64,000 nucleotides of DNA, from positions 7,604 through 71,603 of the forward strand of contig CAJBKE010000061.1 of assembly GCA_903953565.1 (NCBI GenBank), given 5' to 3'. Within the stretch, counting starts at the first letter, position 1. Every line of letters starts with the position of its first letter. The stretch comes from an uncultured Verrucomicrobiota bacterium. GTDB taxonomy: Bacteria; Verrucomicrobiota; Verrucomicrobiia; Chthoniobacterales; JACTMZ01. The notes below the pieces were generated by a model. That model did no database searches. It was not told where the DNA came from and saw nothing but the letters and a program-made list of their open reading frames with translations. Shown in pieces: positions 11,232 to 22,238 of this stretch. Both the position numbers and the translations under genes were made by a program.

Positions 11232-12011
11232 ATGAAGGACCTCGCCGGCGAATTCCGATCGCGCAAAGCTGCGGGCCGCAAGATCGCCGCGCTCACCGCT
11301 TACGACTATCCGACCGCCCGACTCGTCGATGAATCGGGCATCGACCTAATCCTCGTCGGCGACTCGCTCGGCATGGTCGTGCTGGGCTACCCGGACACCA
11401 CATCGGTAACCCTCGACGACATGATCCGACACACCGCGGCGGTGGCGCGTGGCACAAAGCACGCGGTTGTTGTCTCCGATCTTCCGATCGATACCTACCG
11501 CTCGGCCGAGGAGGCCGTGGCCAGCGCACGGCGACTGATTGAAGCCGGCGCGCAGGCCGTGAAGCTCGAAGGCGGCGCGATCGTCGCCCCGCAAATCGAG
11601 GCACTCGTTTCCGCAGGCATTCCGGTCCTCGCCCACATCGGCATGCTCCCGCAGCACATCCGCGAGGAAGGCGGATACAAAGTAAAAGGGCGCACGCCGG
11701 AGGAAGCCGAGGCCATCCGCCGCGATGCCAGCGCTGTGCAGGGGGCCGGCGCCTTTGCCGTAGTTATGGAAATTATCATTCCCGGACTCGCCGCGGAAAT
11801 CGCTCCCGCCCTGCAGATCCCGACCATCGGCATCGGCAGCGGTGAAGGATGCGACGGACAAATTCTGGTCCTGCACGACCTCATCGGGCTCTACCCGTGG
11901 TTCAAACCGAAGTTTGCCAAACAGCGCGCCGACACCGCATCGGCCATCAACGGAGCAGTGCGCGACTACGTCGCCGCGGTGCACGGCGATACGGGAATGA
12001 CCCCGCCGTAA
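11232..12011 (+). CDS. panB: 3-methyl-2-oxobutanoate hydroxymethyltransferase
   Basis: 259 aa. IAALTAYDYPTARL, LVGDSLGMVVLGY, AVKLEGG and IGIGSGEGCDGQILV are typical PanB motifs. Confidence 0.95.
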   Translation: MKDLAGEFRSRKAAGRKIAALTAYDYPTARLVDESGIDLILVGDSLGMVVLGYPDTTSVTLDDMIRHTAAVARGTKHAVVVSDLPIDTYRSAEEAVASARRLIEAGAQAVKLEGGAIVAPQIEALVSAGIPVLAHIGMLPQHIREEGGYKVKGRTPEEAEAIRRDASAVQGAGAFAVVMEIIIPGLAAEIAPALQIPTIGIGSGEGCDGQILVLHDLIGLYPWFKPKFAKQRADTASAINGAVRDYVAAVHGDTGMTPP

Positions 12012-12024
12012 GGTGGATGTGTAA

Positions 12025-12089
12025 GGTGGATCGTGCCGTCCCGGCACGATTTTTATTATGAGATCGCGCCGGGGACGGCGCGATCCACC
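12025..12089. repeat. REP/BIME-like palindromic element, copy b; the forward half doubles as the panB intrinsic terminator
   Basis: GGTGGATCGTGCCGTCCCGGCACGAT (9-bp stem, 3-nt loop) followed by TTTTATT, a 12-nt spacer, then the inverted copy ATCGCGCCGGGGACGGCGCGATCCACC. It lies between convergent panB (stop 12011) and the ACT gene (stop 12092). Confidence 0.7.
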
Positions 12090-12091
12090 AA

Positions 12092-12496
12092 TCAAATCTT
12101 CAGCGCCTTGAGCGCGCTCAGCGCGGACTTCGGATTGCTCACGCGAAGGATGAGCAATCCACGCACGTCGCCCGGATGGCTCGCCAGATAGGCATACTCG
12201 ATGTTGAGTTTTTTCTTGGACAACACTTTGGCGATTTTGGAGAGCGCGCCCGGCTGGTTGCGGTTCTCTACCATGAGAACTTCGCTTTCCACCACGAGCG
12301 TCCCACGCTCCTCGAAAACCTCCAGCGCCCGGTCCGGATCATCCAAAACGAGCCGCACTACGTTGTGGTCTGTCGTATCGGAAGTGGCCAAACCCCAGAT
12401 GTTGATCCCCTCCTTGGCCAGCACATCGCAGACGGCAGCCAAGGTTCCGGGTTTGTTTTCGATGAAGACGGCAAGTTGGGTGACGATTTTTACCAT
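12092..12496 (-). CDS. ACT-domain protein (tandem ACT)
   Basis: Two beta-alpha-beta-beta-alpha-beta-like units: LAVFIENKPGTLAAVCDVLAKEGINI and LMVENRNQPGALSKIAKVLSKKKLNI. The ATG at 12496 was chosen. Confidence 0.7.
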   Translation of the reverse strand: MVKIVTQLAVFIENKPGTLAAVCDVLAKEGINIWGLATSDTTDHNVVRLVLDDPDRALEVFEERGTLVVESEVLMVENRNQPGALSKIAKVLSKKKLNIEYAYLASHPGDVRGLLILRVSNPKSALSALKALKI

Positions 12497-12626
12497 AAAA
12501 TTTTGCGGATCTTGATCTGCGCCATGAGGACGCTGATCTGGACCCAAAGTAGAACTGTTCCCGTTTTTTCTCAACCACGTTCGTCCCGCTGGCGCGCGGC
12601 CCGCAGCGCGCTTATGTTGGAAGGTT

Positions 12627-14780
<2,154 letters not shown>

Positions 14781-14801
14781 GCTGATTCTCCTTCGCGGAT
14801 C

Positions 14802-15155
14802 TCAGCTGGCTTCACTCGGACTGAAAACGGTCAGCAGCACGATACCGGCCACGGCCAGAGCCATGCCTGCCACTTCCACGGCCGAAAGCTGACGAAGCTC
14901 CCCGCGGAAGAAGATGCCGACGAGTATCGGTCCGATGACCACCAGCGTGTTGGTCAGGCTCGAGGCCTTGGCGAGGCCGAAATGGGAACCGACATAACCG
15001 AAGGACAGAAATACGAGCGGGGAGAGACCGAGGATGGCCAGGAGCATCCACAACTTTTTCTGCTCCCACCAAGTCGTGCCGAGCGTGTCGGTGACGGTGC
15101 TGAGTGCGGCGCAGGCGAGAACGGCGGACCAAGGGGATAGGAGAAGACTTTTCAT
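14802..15155 (-). CDS. small DMT/EamA-like membrane protein
   Basis: 117 aa with about 4 hydrophobic helices, organised like a half-size EamA/SMR transporter. Confidence 0.5.
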   Translation of the reverse strand: MKSLLLSPWSAVLACAALSTVTDTLGTTWWEQKKLWMLLAILGLSPLVFLSFGYVGSHFGLAKASSLTNTLVVIGPILVGIFFRGELRQLSAVEVAGMALAVAGIVLLTVFSPSEAS

Positions 15156-15271
15156 GGACCGACACCATAAGCCCCGACGGCAAAGACTGCGACACCGAGC
15201 TTTTCGGAAAAATCTCCCCCATCCGGTGCCCGGTGACCTACGGTTGGAGGTCGCGCCTCATTCCTAATACC

Positions 15272-16405
15272 ATGCCAGTAGCTAAGACCAAAAAAGCCGC
15301 CAAGGACACCGCGATCCATTTCGTCGCGGGCAATGATGAAATGGCAGTCAAAGCGCGCGCCAAGGAACTCGCGGCCGAGTTGGCGCCGGCCGAGGGCGGC
15401 GATTTCGCCGTCGAGACGATCGACGCGCATGCCGACAACGCCGAGCACGCGGCAAACATCATCCGCGAAGCCATCCTTTCGCTCAGTATGGCGGGCTTTC
15501 TCGCCTCGGAAAAACTCGTCTGGCTGAAGAGCGCGAATTTTCTGTCCGACACCCAACTCGGCGGGAGCAAGTCGGTGCTCGAGGCGCTCGAGGAATTGCA
15601 GAAGATGCTCGAAGGCGGACTCCCCGACGGCACGCGCTTCCTCTTCAGTGCGATCAGCCCGGACAAACGCCGCACCTTTTACAAATCGCTGAGCAAAGTC
15701 GCCGCGACCGACGTGATCGACAAGCCGTCCGGCGGTCCGCGCTTCGACGAAGACGAGGCCGCGCGCCAAGCCGCGACGTCCGCCGCTCGAGAGCGGAAGC
15801 TGAAATTCCATCCCGACGCCCTCGAGCGTTTCGCCGCCTACGTCGGCTCGGACACCCGCCAAGTCCTCAACGAACTCGACAAAATCGACACGTACCTCGG
15901 CGACGAGCGTCGGGAGATCCTCGAGGACGACATCCGCCTTCTCGTCCCGGAAACCCGTCGCGGCATCATCTTCGAACTCGGCAACTGCCTTGCCCGCCGC
16001 AATCTCCGCGAGGCCAGCAACTGCCTGCAAAGACTCCTCGCGCAAGGCGAAGATTCTGTCGGCCTTCTTTACGCCGCCATCATGCCGACCATCCAGCGCA
16101 TGACTGCCGCCGCCGTCCTCATCGAGGAATACGGACTCCGCGTGCCTCCCAGCTACCCGGCCTTCCAGTCGGCTCTCGAGCAACTTCCCGAGGGGGCCAA
16201 GGAAATTCTCCCGCGCAAAAAAGACGGCACCCTCAACGCCTACGGCTTCTACATGTCCGCGCAGGAAGCCAAACGTTTCAAAGCCCGCGAGCTGGCCGAA
16301 GCCACCATCGCCTGCGCCGAAGCCACCACCTCCATCATGTCTACCGGCTCCGACCCCGCGCTCATTCTGCAGCAACTGCTTGTGCGTATCCTCACTCCGC
16401 GATGA
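15272..16405 (+). CDS. holA: DNA polymerase III subunit delta
   Basis: 377 aa from the ATG at 15272. The length, the IHFVAGNDE start and the helical C-terminal domain fit HolA. Sequence conservation in this family is weak. Confidence 0.6.
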   Translation: MPVAKTKKAAKDTAIHFVAGNDEMAVKARAKELAAELAPAEGGDFAVETIDAHADNAEHAANIIREAILSLSMAGFLASEKLVWLKSANFLSDTQLGGSKSVLEALEELQKMLEGGLPDGTRFLFSAISPDKRRTFYKSLSKVAATDVIDKPSGGPRFDEDEAARQAATSAARERKLKFHPDALERFAAYVGSDTRQVLNELDKIDTYLGDERREILEDDIRLLVPETRRGIIFELGNCLARRNLREASNCLQRLLAQGEDSVGLLYAAIMPTIQRMTAAAVLIEEYGLRVPPSYPAFQSALEQLPEGAKEILPRKKDGTLNAYGFYMSAQEAKRFKARELAEATIACAEATTSIMSTGSDPALILQQLLVRILTPR

Positions 16406-16434
16406 CAATGAGACTGGAGTAGAGAACAACCCGA

Positions 16435-16974
16435 ATGGAAACCGTTACCAATCACCATCTCATCGAACAGATTCTCTCCAGCTGGAAAGAACAGATCGGC
16501 GATACCTACGAAGGTTACCGCGGACACGTCTACCGCATGTTCAACTTTTGCTTGGCGCTCAAGCCGTGCTCGGACGAGGAAAGAGACAAACTGGCGATCG
16601 CTGCCGCGTTCCACGACATCGGTCTCTGGTCCGACCACACCGTGGCTTATCTCTCACCCTCGGTGGCACAGGCGCGGAAATGGCTGTCGGCAAACAACCT
16701 TTCCCATTGGGCTGACGAAATCGCCCTGATGATCGAGATGCATCACAAGGTCCGGCCCTACCGCGACCCCGCTTATCCGCTCGTGGAGATTTTCAGAAAA
16801 GGCGACCTCGTGGACTTCTCCCTCGGGTTTTTCAAGTTCGGACTTCCCTCCACTCTCATCGCCCGGCTGAAATCGGAATTTCCCAACGCTGGGTTCCACA
16901 AATTTCTGCTCAGCGGTGCAAAGGATTGGTTCTCCAAACATCCTCTCAGCCCGCCTCCTTTCATGCGTTGGTGA
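16435..16974 (+). CDS. HD-domain phosphohydrolase family protein
   Basis: H...HD signature (GHVYRM ... AAAFHDIGLW ... IEMHH). Confidence 0.7.
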   Translation: METVTNHHLIEQILSSWKEQIGDTYEGYRGHVYRMFNFCLALKPCSDEERDKLAIAAAFHDIGLWSDHTVAYLSPSVAQARKWLSANNLSHWADEIALMIEMHHKVRPYRDPAYPLVEIFRKGDLVDFSLGFFKFGLPSTLIARLKSEFPNAGFHKFLLSGAKDWFSKHPLSPPPFMRW

Positions 16975-17078
16975 AAGCGATGTCCGATCCGCCCAGAACT
17001 TCGCAACCATAGACAGGTAGATGTTCTGGCTGGTTTGGTCGAAGTTGGCCCTTGAACGGGGCCCATGGCAATCTTGCC

Positions 17079-17462
17079 TCAGACCGGATTGAAGTCGGCG
17101 TAGGCGACGCATTGCCAGTCCGGCCCGACCCGTTGCCAGACGCTCAAACGCGGAGAGAATCCGGTCGAGAGCACCTTGCCTCCGATCATCTCGGACGCAC
17201 TCAGCCAGAAGCTGACGACGAGATTGTCCCCCGCTTGGGCGACCTTGAAATCCTTGAACCGGACTTCGCCGAGGTTCATCTCTTTCATCAACTTGATCGC
17301 TTCGGCGCGATCGCAAGAACCATGACCGGTGACGAACTGGCAAGCGGGTGAAAGCAGTTGCTCGAGAGCTTGCCAGTTTTTCTCCCGGATGAGCGCCACG
17401 GACAACTCCTCGAGACGTTTTGCTTCCTCTTCAACCGCGGGCCTACGGGTCGTTTTGCTCAT
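17079..17462 (-). CDS. NTF2-like (SnoaL/DUF4440-like) protein
   Basis: 127 aa from the ATG at 17462. The size and the alpha+beta cone pattern (W..L..LL...F......G......A) fit the fold. Confidence 0.5.
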   Translation of the reverse strand: MSKTTRRPAVEEEAKRLEELSVALIREKNWQALEQLLSPACQFVTGHGSCDRAEAIKLMKEMNLGEVRFKDFKVAQAGDNLVVSFWLSASEMIGGKVLSTGFSPRLSVWQRVGPDWQCVAYADFNPV

Positions 17463-17568
17463 GCGGCCTTGTCTAACGCCGGGAAGCAGTCGCCACAACG
17501 CCCATCTTGCCCGGATTGGAACGTAAGGTTTGCCTTTTTCCCCGATTCACCGGATCCCTTGGCTCTCT

Positions 17569-18252
17569 ATGAGCGAAATCAAAGCATGGTTGGGTATCGA
17601 ACGCGACGAGACCGGATGGAAAGAAAAGACCGTCGCGTGCGCGGGGGCTTTTTTGGCCATCGCCGGCTTGGTCGGATTCGGCCGCTATTTTTTCGGCCCG
17701 GCCCACGAAGCTTTTCTCGTACTCTCCATGGGAGCCACGACGTTTTTGCTCTTCGTCGTCCCTCTCGGCAAACTCTCTCAACCTTGGCCTGTCGTAGGGG
17801 GACACGTGCTCTCCGCGTTTGTCGGCGTCGCCTGTCACAAACTAATACCCGACACCACGTTGGCGGCGGGATGCGCGGTGGGGTTTGCCGTCCTTGGCAT
17901 GCAACTGCTGGGTTGCCTTCATCCGCCGGGAGGATCGACCGCCCTCATTGCCGTGCTGGCAGGATCGAAGGCGAGCGACTTGGGCTATTCTTTCGCCATC
18001 TGGCCGGTCGGCCTGAACGCGCTCGCCCTCGTGCTTTTTGCCGTGGCCTTCAACTTCTGGTTCCCCTGGCGGAGATACCCGGCCCGCTTCCATCATACGA
18101 AGTCACCCGCCGCCGGATCCGGCGTGACCCACGAGGCGGTGGTTGCGGCGGTGCGCAGCATCGACTCGTTCATCGATGTGAGCGAAGACGACATCGTGCG
18201 ACTCTACGAGAGTTTGTCGGCCAGCGATCGGCGAAAAACAAAATCCGCGTGA
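17569..18252 (+). CDS. HPP-family membrane protein
   Basis: 4-5 TM helices and the eponymous motif CLHPPGGSTALIAV. The ATG at 17569 is preferred over the TTG at 17530. Confidence 0.75.
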   Translation: MSEIKAWLGIERDETGWKEKTVACAGAFLAIAGLVGFGRYFFGPAHEAFLVLSMGATTFLLFVVPLGKLSQPWPVVGGHVLSAFVGVACHKLIPDTTLAAGCAVGFAVLGMQLLGCLHPPGGSTALIAVLAGSKASDLGYSFAIWPVGLNALALVLFAVAFNFWFPWRRYPARFHHTKSPAAGSGVTHEAVVAAVRSIDSFIDVSEDDIVRLYESLSASDRRKTKSA

Positions 18253-18401
18253 GCAATCTCCGGAATGAAATTTTCTGCCGTTCTTGAAACTAGATCGCAT
18301 CCTGTTGGTTGCCCAGGCGCAGCACGTGGCAAGAGGGTTCCAGTCCACTGACAAGATTACATGATTCCAGATTGCGCCGTTCGTTGGGAACAGCGTGCGT
18401 A

Positions 18402-18995
18402 TCAGCCCAGCGGCTTCAGCCAGAACTGCATCGGGTGCTCGGTGGTGTCGGGCTGATCGATGTCTTTCCAAGCGTAGCTGGTCTGGAGTTTTGGCTGCGG
18501 TGCGAATCCAAAGCGCCGCCACACCGCGTCGAGCGGCTCCCAATGCGCGGGGCGCAGCGGATGGTTCTCCGGCCTAACCACGCCGCAAAAACTCATCCAC
18601 GCCATGCCACCCAACCCTCTGGCATAGGCCTCGCGCGCCTCGAAGAAGGCGCGATAAATTCCGCGTCCGCGCCATGGCGGCAGCAACACCGATTCACCGC
18701 AGTAGAAGACCGTGGTGGGGTCCAGACCCAGCGCCTCGAACGGGCGCACAAAGGCTTCGGTCTCGGCGGCAAGCGGAATCCCCGTCGAGGCCCCCACGAT
18801 GGCATCCCCGTCCCGCGCGAGCACAGCGATGGCCTCACCCGAAGCGGTGTAAGTGCGCAGATACTCGGCCTCGTAGGCCTCGCTGCCGTCATAAAGATAC
18901 GGATACTCCCGGAAAACAGTCATCCGGAGCCGCGCGAGATCCGGAATATATTTGGCGAGAGCGTCTCCGACTACCGTTTCCAGTTGCATGCTCAT
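18402..18995 (-). CDS. GNAT-family N-acetyltransferase
   Basis: 197 aa. The acetyl-CoA pocket-like motif LLPPWRGRGIYRAFF (Q/R-x-x-G-x-G/A) is present. Confidence 0.7.
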   Translation of the reverse strand: MSMQLETVVGDALAKYIPDLARLRMTVFREYPYLYDGSEAYEAEYLRTYTASGEAIAVLARDGDAIVGASTGIPLAAETEAFVRPFEALGLDPTTVFYCGESVLLPPWRGRGIYRAFFEAREAYARGLGGMAWMSFCGVVRPENHPLRPAHWEPLDAVWRRFGFAPQPKLQTSYAWKDIDQPDTTEHPMQFWLKPLG

Positions 18996-19151
18996 TTCGG
19001 ATCCCTGAAGTCAGCTGCGCAACGTAAGCCAACTTCCCCCAGATCCAAGCCAAGAAGAAACCAAAGCGCGCGCCTTTTAGGGATCACGTTGACCGGATCC
19101 GGCCCTTCGCTTGATTTGCCGAATTTTCTGGTGAGAATCCTGCCTGCACCA

Positions 19152-19565
19152 ATGACAAGAAAACCCAAACTGCTCTCCGGCGGCAATCCACAGATCCCGA
19201 AGGGCGACGGCGATGCGCCCGTGCAGGCCTACATCGCGGCTATGCCCGGTTGGAAGCAGGACATCGGGCGAAAACTCGACGCGCTCATCACCAAATCGGT
19301 GCCGGGGGTGCAGAAGGGAGTGCGCTGGAACTCGCCTTTTTACGGCGTGGAAGGAAGCGGATGGTTCCTCGGCGCGCATTGCCTGACCAAATACGTGAAG
19401 GTCACCTTCTTCCGCGGACTGTCGTTGAAACCGATCCCGCCCGGCGGCACGCCGAAAAGCGGCGATGCACGCTGGCTCGATATCTACGAGGACGACGGCT
19501 TCGACGAAAAGCAGATGACCGCGTGGATCAAGCAGGCCGCGGCTTTACCCGGCTGGATTCCCTGA
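19152..19565 (+). CDS. DUF1801 (YdhG-like) domain protein
   Basis: 137 aa from the internal ATG of the 418-aa ORF. The upstream part of that ORF is antisense to the GNAT gene. The pattern PVQAYIAAMPGWKQDIGRKLDALI...VRWNSPFYG...KYVKVTFF is typical of the family. Confidence 0.7.
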   Translation: MTRKPKLLSGGNPQIPKGDGDAPVQAYIAAMPGWKQDIGRKLDALITKSVPGVQKGVRWNSPFYGVEGSGWFLGAHCLTKYVKVTFFRGLSLKPIPPGGTPKSGDARWLDIYEDDGFDEKQMTAWIKQAAALPGWIP

Positions 19566-19573
19566 AACGAGGA

Positions 19574-20884
19574 TCAGTGGCCGGCCACCATTACCGGCGC
19601 CAGAATCGCATCGCGCATGCCGTGCAGCAGTTTCTTGTCCGAGGGACAAATCGTGGCCAGCACGCCGCCCAGTTTCGTCTCGCGTGCGCCACAAAAGTAA
19701 TAAGGACACAGCCGCACGCGGCCCTTCATCGTTTGTAGCGGTGGTCTATGACCGTCGTTGCCTGCATAATCCATCTCCACGACGCGCGACTGATGGAACT
19801 TCTGCAAAATCCACGGACACCGCTCCCAATCGGCCAACGCATCGTCGATCGCCCGCGCCCAGTCCTCGTGCGACAAATCCTGTCCGACCCTCACGCTGCG
19901 CGATCCCCAGGCCAGCTCGGAGAACCCGCTGACCTTCAGCACCAGTTCGCGCTCGCGCTGACTGAACTTTTTCATCTCTTCCCAACTCTGGACTTCCAGC
20001 CCCGGATACACCGCGGTCGGCGGCAGGGGCTGCGGGTCCATCAGCCACGTGCGCGGGATCACCTTTTGCAGCGTGGAAAAATGCTTGTCGCCCAACTCGC
20101 GCCGCCAGAATTCCGCGAGCGGACGCAGCCAGAACAAAGCAAACCAGAGCTTTTCCTCGATCCACGGCTTGGGCGGCGGAGACATTGCGAGTTTCCCTCC
20201 GGCCGCTGCTTGCAGCAGCTCCATCGACCCCGCGATGTTCGGCAGATCGAACAGCTCAAAAAACCGGTAAACCGTGGATCGCAAATCGCCCGGAGGATTT
20301 TCCGCATCGATCACCCGCGCACCAATCCTCGCCGCCATCCATTCCATTTCCGGACGATAATCAGCAGCTTCTTGCGAAATGGCGATGTCTCCACCGTCAA
20401 CCAGCGCACGAAATCCGTCATCCATGCCGCGACCACCGAGCACATCGAAGCCCTCGGCCAGATAGACCTCGTTGAGCCAAGCCGTCAGTCCAATCCCTCC
20501 GGGAACATTGTCCAACTCGGCAATGGTGAAACCGTCCTCGGTCAAAATCACATCCGGTCGCAGCACGCGCGGGATGTCCTCGGCCAGCGCCTTGGACCGC
20601 GCCAACTCGACCAATTCGCGCGGCTTGCTCCGATCAAGCAACTCCGCGATCCACGCCGGACGTTTACCCGAGACGCTCAGGCGGTAGAGCAGATTGCACG
20701 CCTCGATGAACTTGCGCAGACGGAATCCGAGCTTCTCCAATTCCTCGTCCATCCCCGCAGGCAGGACGAATGGCTCGGGTGAAACCCGCCATTCCTTGCC
20801 GGCGAAAAGTCCGGCCGGCGGAAGGGCCGCGCGGATGCGTTCCGCGCGGGCGAGGCGTTCGGACTCCGGGATCGCTGTGCTCAC
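19574..20884 (-). CDS. uncharacterised protein, possible ATP-grasp / eukaryotic-type glutathione-synthetase-like fold
   Basis: 436 aa. Its GTG start overlaps the ruvA stop (GTGA). The segment VLRPDVILTEDGFTIAELDNVPGGIGL resembles the eu-GS/GspS-type ATP-grasp core. The assignment is from memory only. Confidence 0.35.
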   Translation of the reverse strand: MSTAIPESERLARAERIRAALPPAGLFAGKEWRVSPEPFVLPAGMDEELEKLGFRLRKFIEACNLLYRLSVSGKRPAWIAELLDRSKPRELVELARSKALAEDIPRVLRPDVILTEDGFTIAELDNVPGGIGLTAWLNEVYLAEGFDVLGGRGMDDGFRALVDGGDIAISQEAADYRPEMEWMAARIGARVIDAENPPGDLRSTVYRFFELFDLPNIAGSMELLQAAAGGKLAMSPPPKPWIEEKLWFALFWLRPLAEFWRRELGDKHFSTLQKVIPRTWLMDPQPLPPTAVYPGLEVQSWEEMKKFSQRERELVLKVSGFSELAWGSRSVRVGQDLSHEDWARAIDDALADWERCPWILQKFHQSRVVEMDYAGNDGHRPPLQTMKGRVRLCPYYFCGARETKLGGVLATICPSDKKLLHGMRDAILAPVMVAGH

Positions 20885-21483
20885 ACCAAGCCCTTCAGCG
20901 CCAACCGCACCAACTCCTCGGTCCCCGCTTCTTTGTTTTTCAGCGCCACCTCACGCACCGACTTGGCTGCGTCGACCTGCTTGTATCCGAGCGCGATGAG
21001 AGCCAGCACCGCATCGTTGGCGGCGCGGGCTTCGGGCGAAGGTGCTTTGTCCGCACTGGCCGCTTCCCACGCCGCGGCCACCCCGAGCTTGTCTTTCAAC
21101 TCGAGAACGATCCGCTCGGCCGTTTTTTTTCCAAGTCCGCTGATCTTGGCAATCGAGGCGATGTCCGAATCGACCACCGCGGCCTTGAAGCGCATCACGT
21201 CCATGCCGCTCAAAACCGCAAGGGCCAACTTCGGCCCAACCCCGCTGACCCGTGTGACGAGCAACCGGAAAAGATCCCTTTCCTCCGCCGAGGCGAAGCC
21301 GAAAAGGATATGGGCATCCTCGCGAACCTGAAGGTGGGTAAGCAACCGCACTGGCTGTCCCGGCTGCGGTAGCCGATCGTAGCTGGAGAGCGGGATGAAA
21401 ACCTCGTAGCCTACTCCATGCACCTCGACCACCACCTGAGTGGGCAGGACTTCGCGCAGCACACCATCCAAATACGTAATCAT
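20881..21483 (-). CDS. ruvA: Holliday junction DNA helicase subunit RuvA
   Basis: MITYLDGVL...VVVEVHGVGYEVFIP, HhH motifs (ISGLGKKTAERIVLELK), and C-terminal domain III. Confidence 0.95.
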   Translation of the reverse strand: MITYLDGVLREVLPTQVVVEVHGVGYEVFIPLSSYDRLPQPGQPVRLLTHLQVREDAHILFGFASAEERDLFRLLVTRVSGVGPKLALAVLSGMDVMRFKAAVVDSDIASIAKISGLGKKTAERIVLELKDKLGVAAAWEAASADKAPSPEARAANDAVLALIALGYKQVDAAKSVREVALKNKEAGTEELVRLALKGLV

Positions 21484-21488
21484 CGACG

Positions 21489-22094
21489 ATGACCGCTACC
21501 AGACCCCGCCGCTACGGCAAGCGCGCTTTTCTTGCCCTGATGCTCGGAATGCACGCGGCCGCCGGGTCTGTGCCAGATCCCGGGTGGCGGTTGGTCGTGA
21601 TCCCTGCTTTCGAGCGTCCTCGGCTGCACGAAAAAATCCCGGGTTCGCAGACCGCCATCATCGCGGCAGCGCGACCCGCACCGCTCGGACTTTTCGAATA
21701 CGCGACGACGCGTGGAGCCATGCGGTGGGCGGGCGACCTCGGGGCAAAAGATGGCACGAAGTGGCTGGCCGATGCCAAAATCCAAATCCGCCGCGGCAAA
21801 GGTCGGGTCATCGACCGCGTGCTCATCACCGGACCCGACCCTATGCTGTCCTCGCTGGCCCTCACGCCCGCGTTCTACGGCCGCTTCGAGCCACTCCTTG
21901 GCGACGGTTTTCATGTCATCATTCCGGATCGCAATACGATCGCCCTTTACCCCCGCCTGGCCGGACGCATCCCGCCCTCCGAGGCGGCCGCCCTGCTTGA
22001 GATATTCCTGGTGGCCGGTCATCCCGTCAGTCGGGAGGTTTTTCGGGCCACCCATGACGGTCTGGTCGCCGACGGCATCCTCTCAGAAGAGTAG
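21489..22094 (+). CDS. hypothetical secreted protein
   Basis: 201 aa. The N-terminus RRYGKRAFLALMLGMHAAAG is signal-peptide-like. I recognise no family. Its start is only 5 bp from the divergent ruvA start. Confidence 0.5.
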   Translation: MTATRPRRYGKRAFLALMLGMHAAAGSVPDPGWRLVVIPAFERPRLHEKIPGSQTAIIAAARPAPLGLFEYATTRGAMRWAGDLGAKDGTKWLADAKIQIRRGKGRVIDRVLITGPDPMLSSLALTPAFYGRFEPLLGDGFHVIIPDRNTIALYPRLAGRIPPSEAAALLEIFLVAGHPVSREVFRATHDGLVADGILSEE

Positions 22095-22238
22095 ATTTTT
22101 CTTGTTCCCGAAGACTCCATCGCTAGTGTTGCGGATTCGCGCGTAACCAATCGCGCCGTAGGTCCTTGGGCTCCGCAGCCTCGTCTCCGGAGTCAAACGC
22201 GCCAAGGGTAACCCGGCGAAAATCAGAAAACACACATT

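Noticed and set aside
12552-12560. Palindrome GAAC-T-GTTC 67 nt upstream of uvrB, considered as a LexA/SOS box.
   Set aside because: The spacing (N1) fits neither the Cheo-type GAAC-N4-GTTC nor the TGTTC-N4-GAACA arrangement I recall for Verrucomicrobia. It is a single short occurrence and could be chance.
18309-19151. N-terminal 281 aa of the 418-aa ORF 18309-19565.
   Set aside because: This part is antisense to the well-supported GNAT gene (18402-18995) and looks like a shadow ORF. Only the C-terminal 137 aa, from the ATG at 19152, resemble a real DUF1801 protein.
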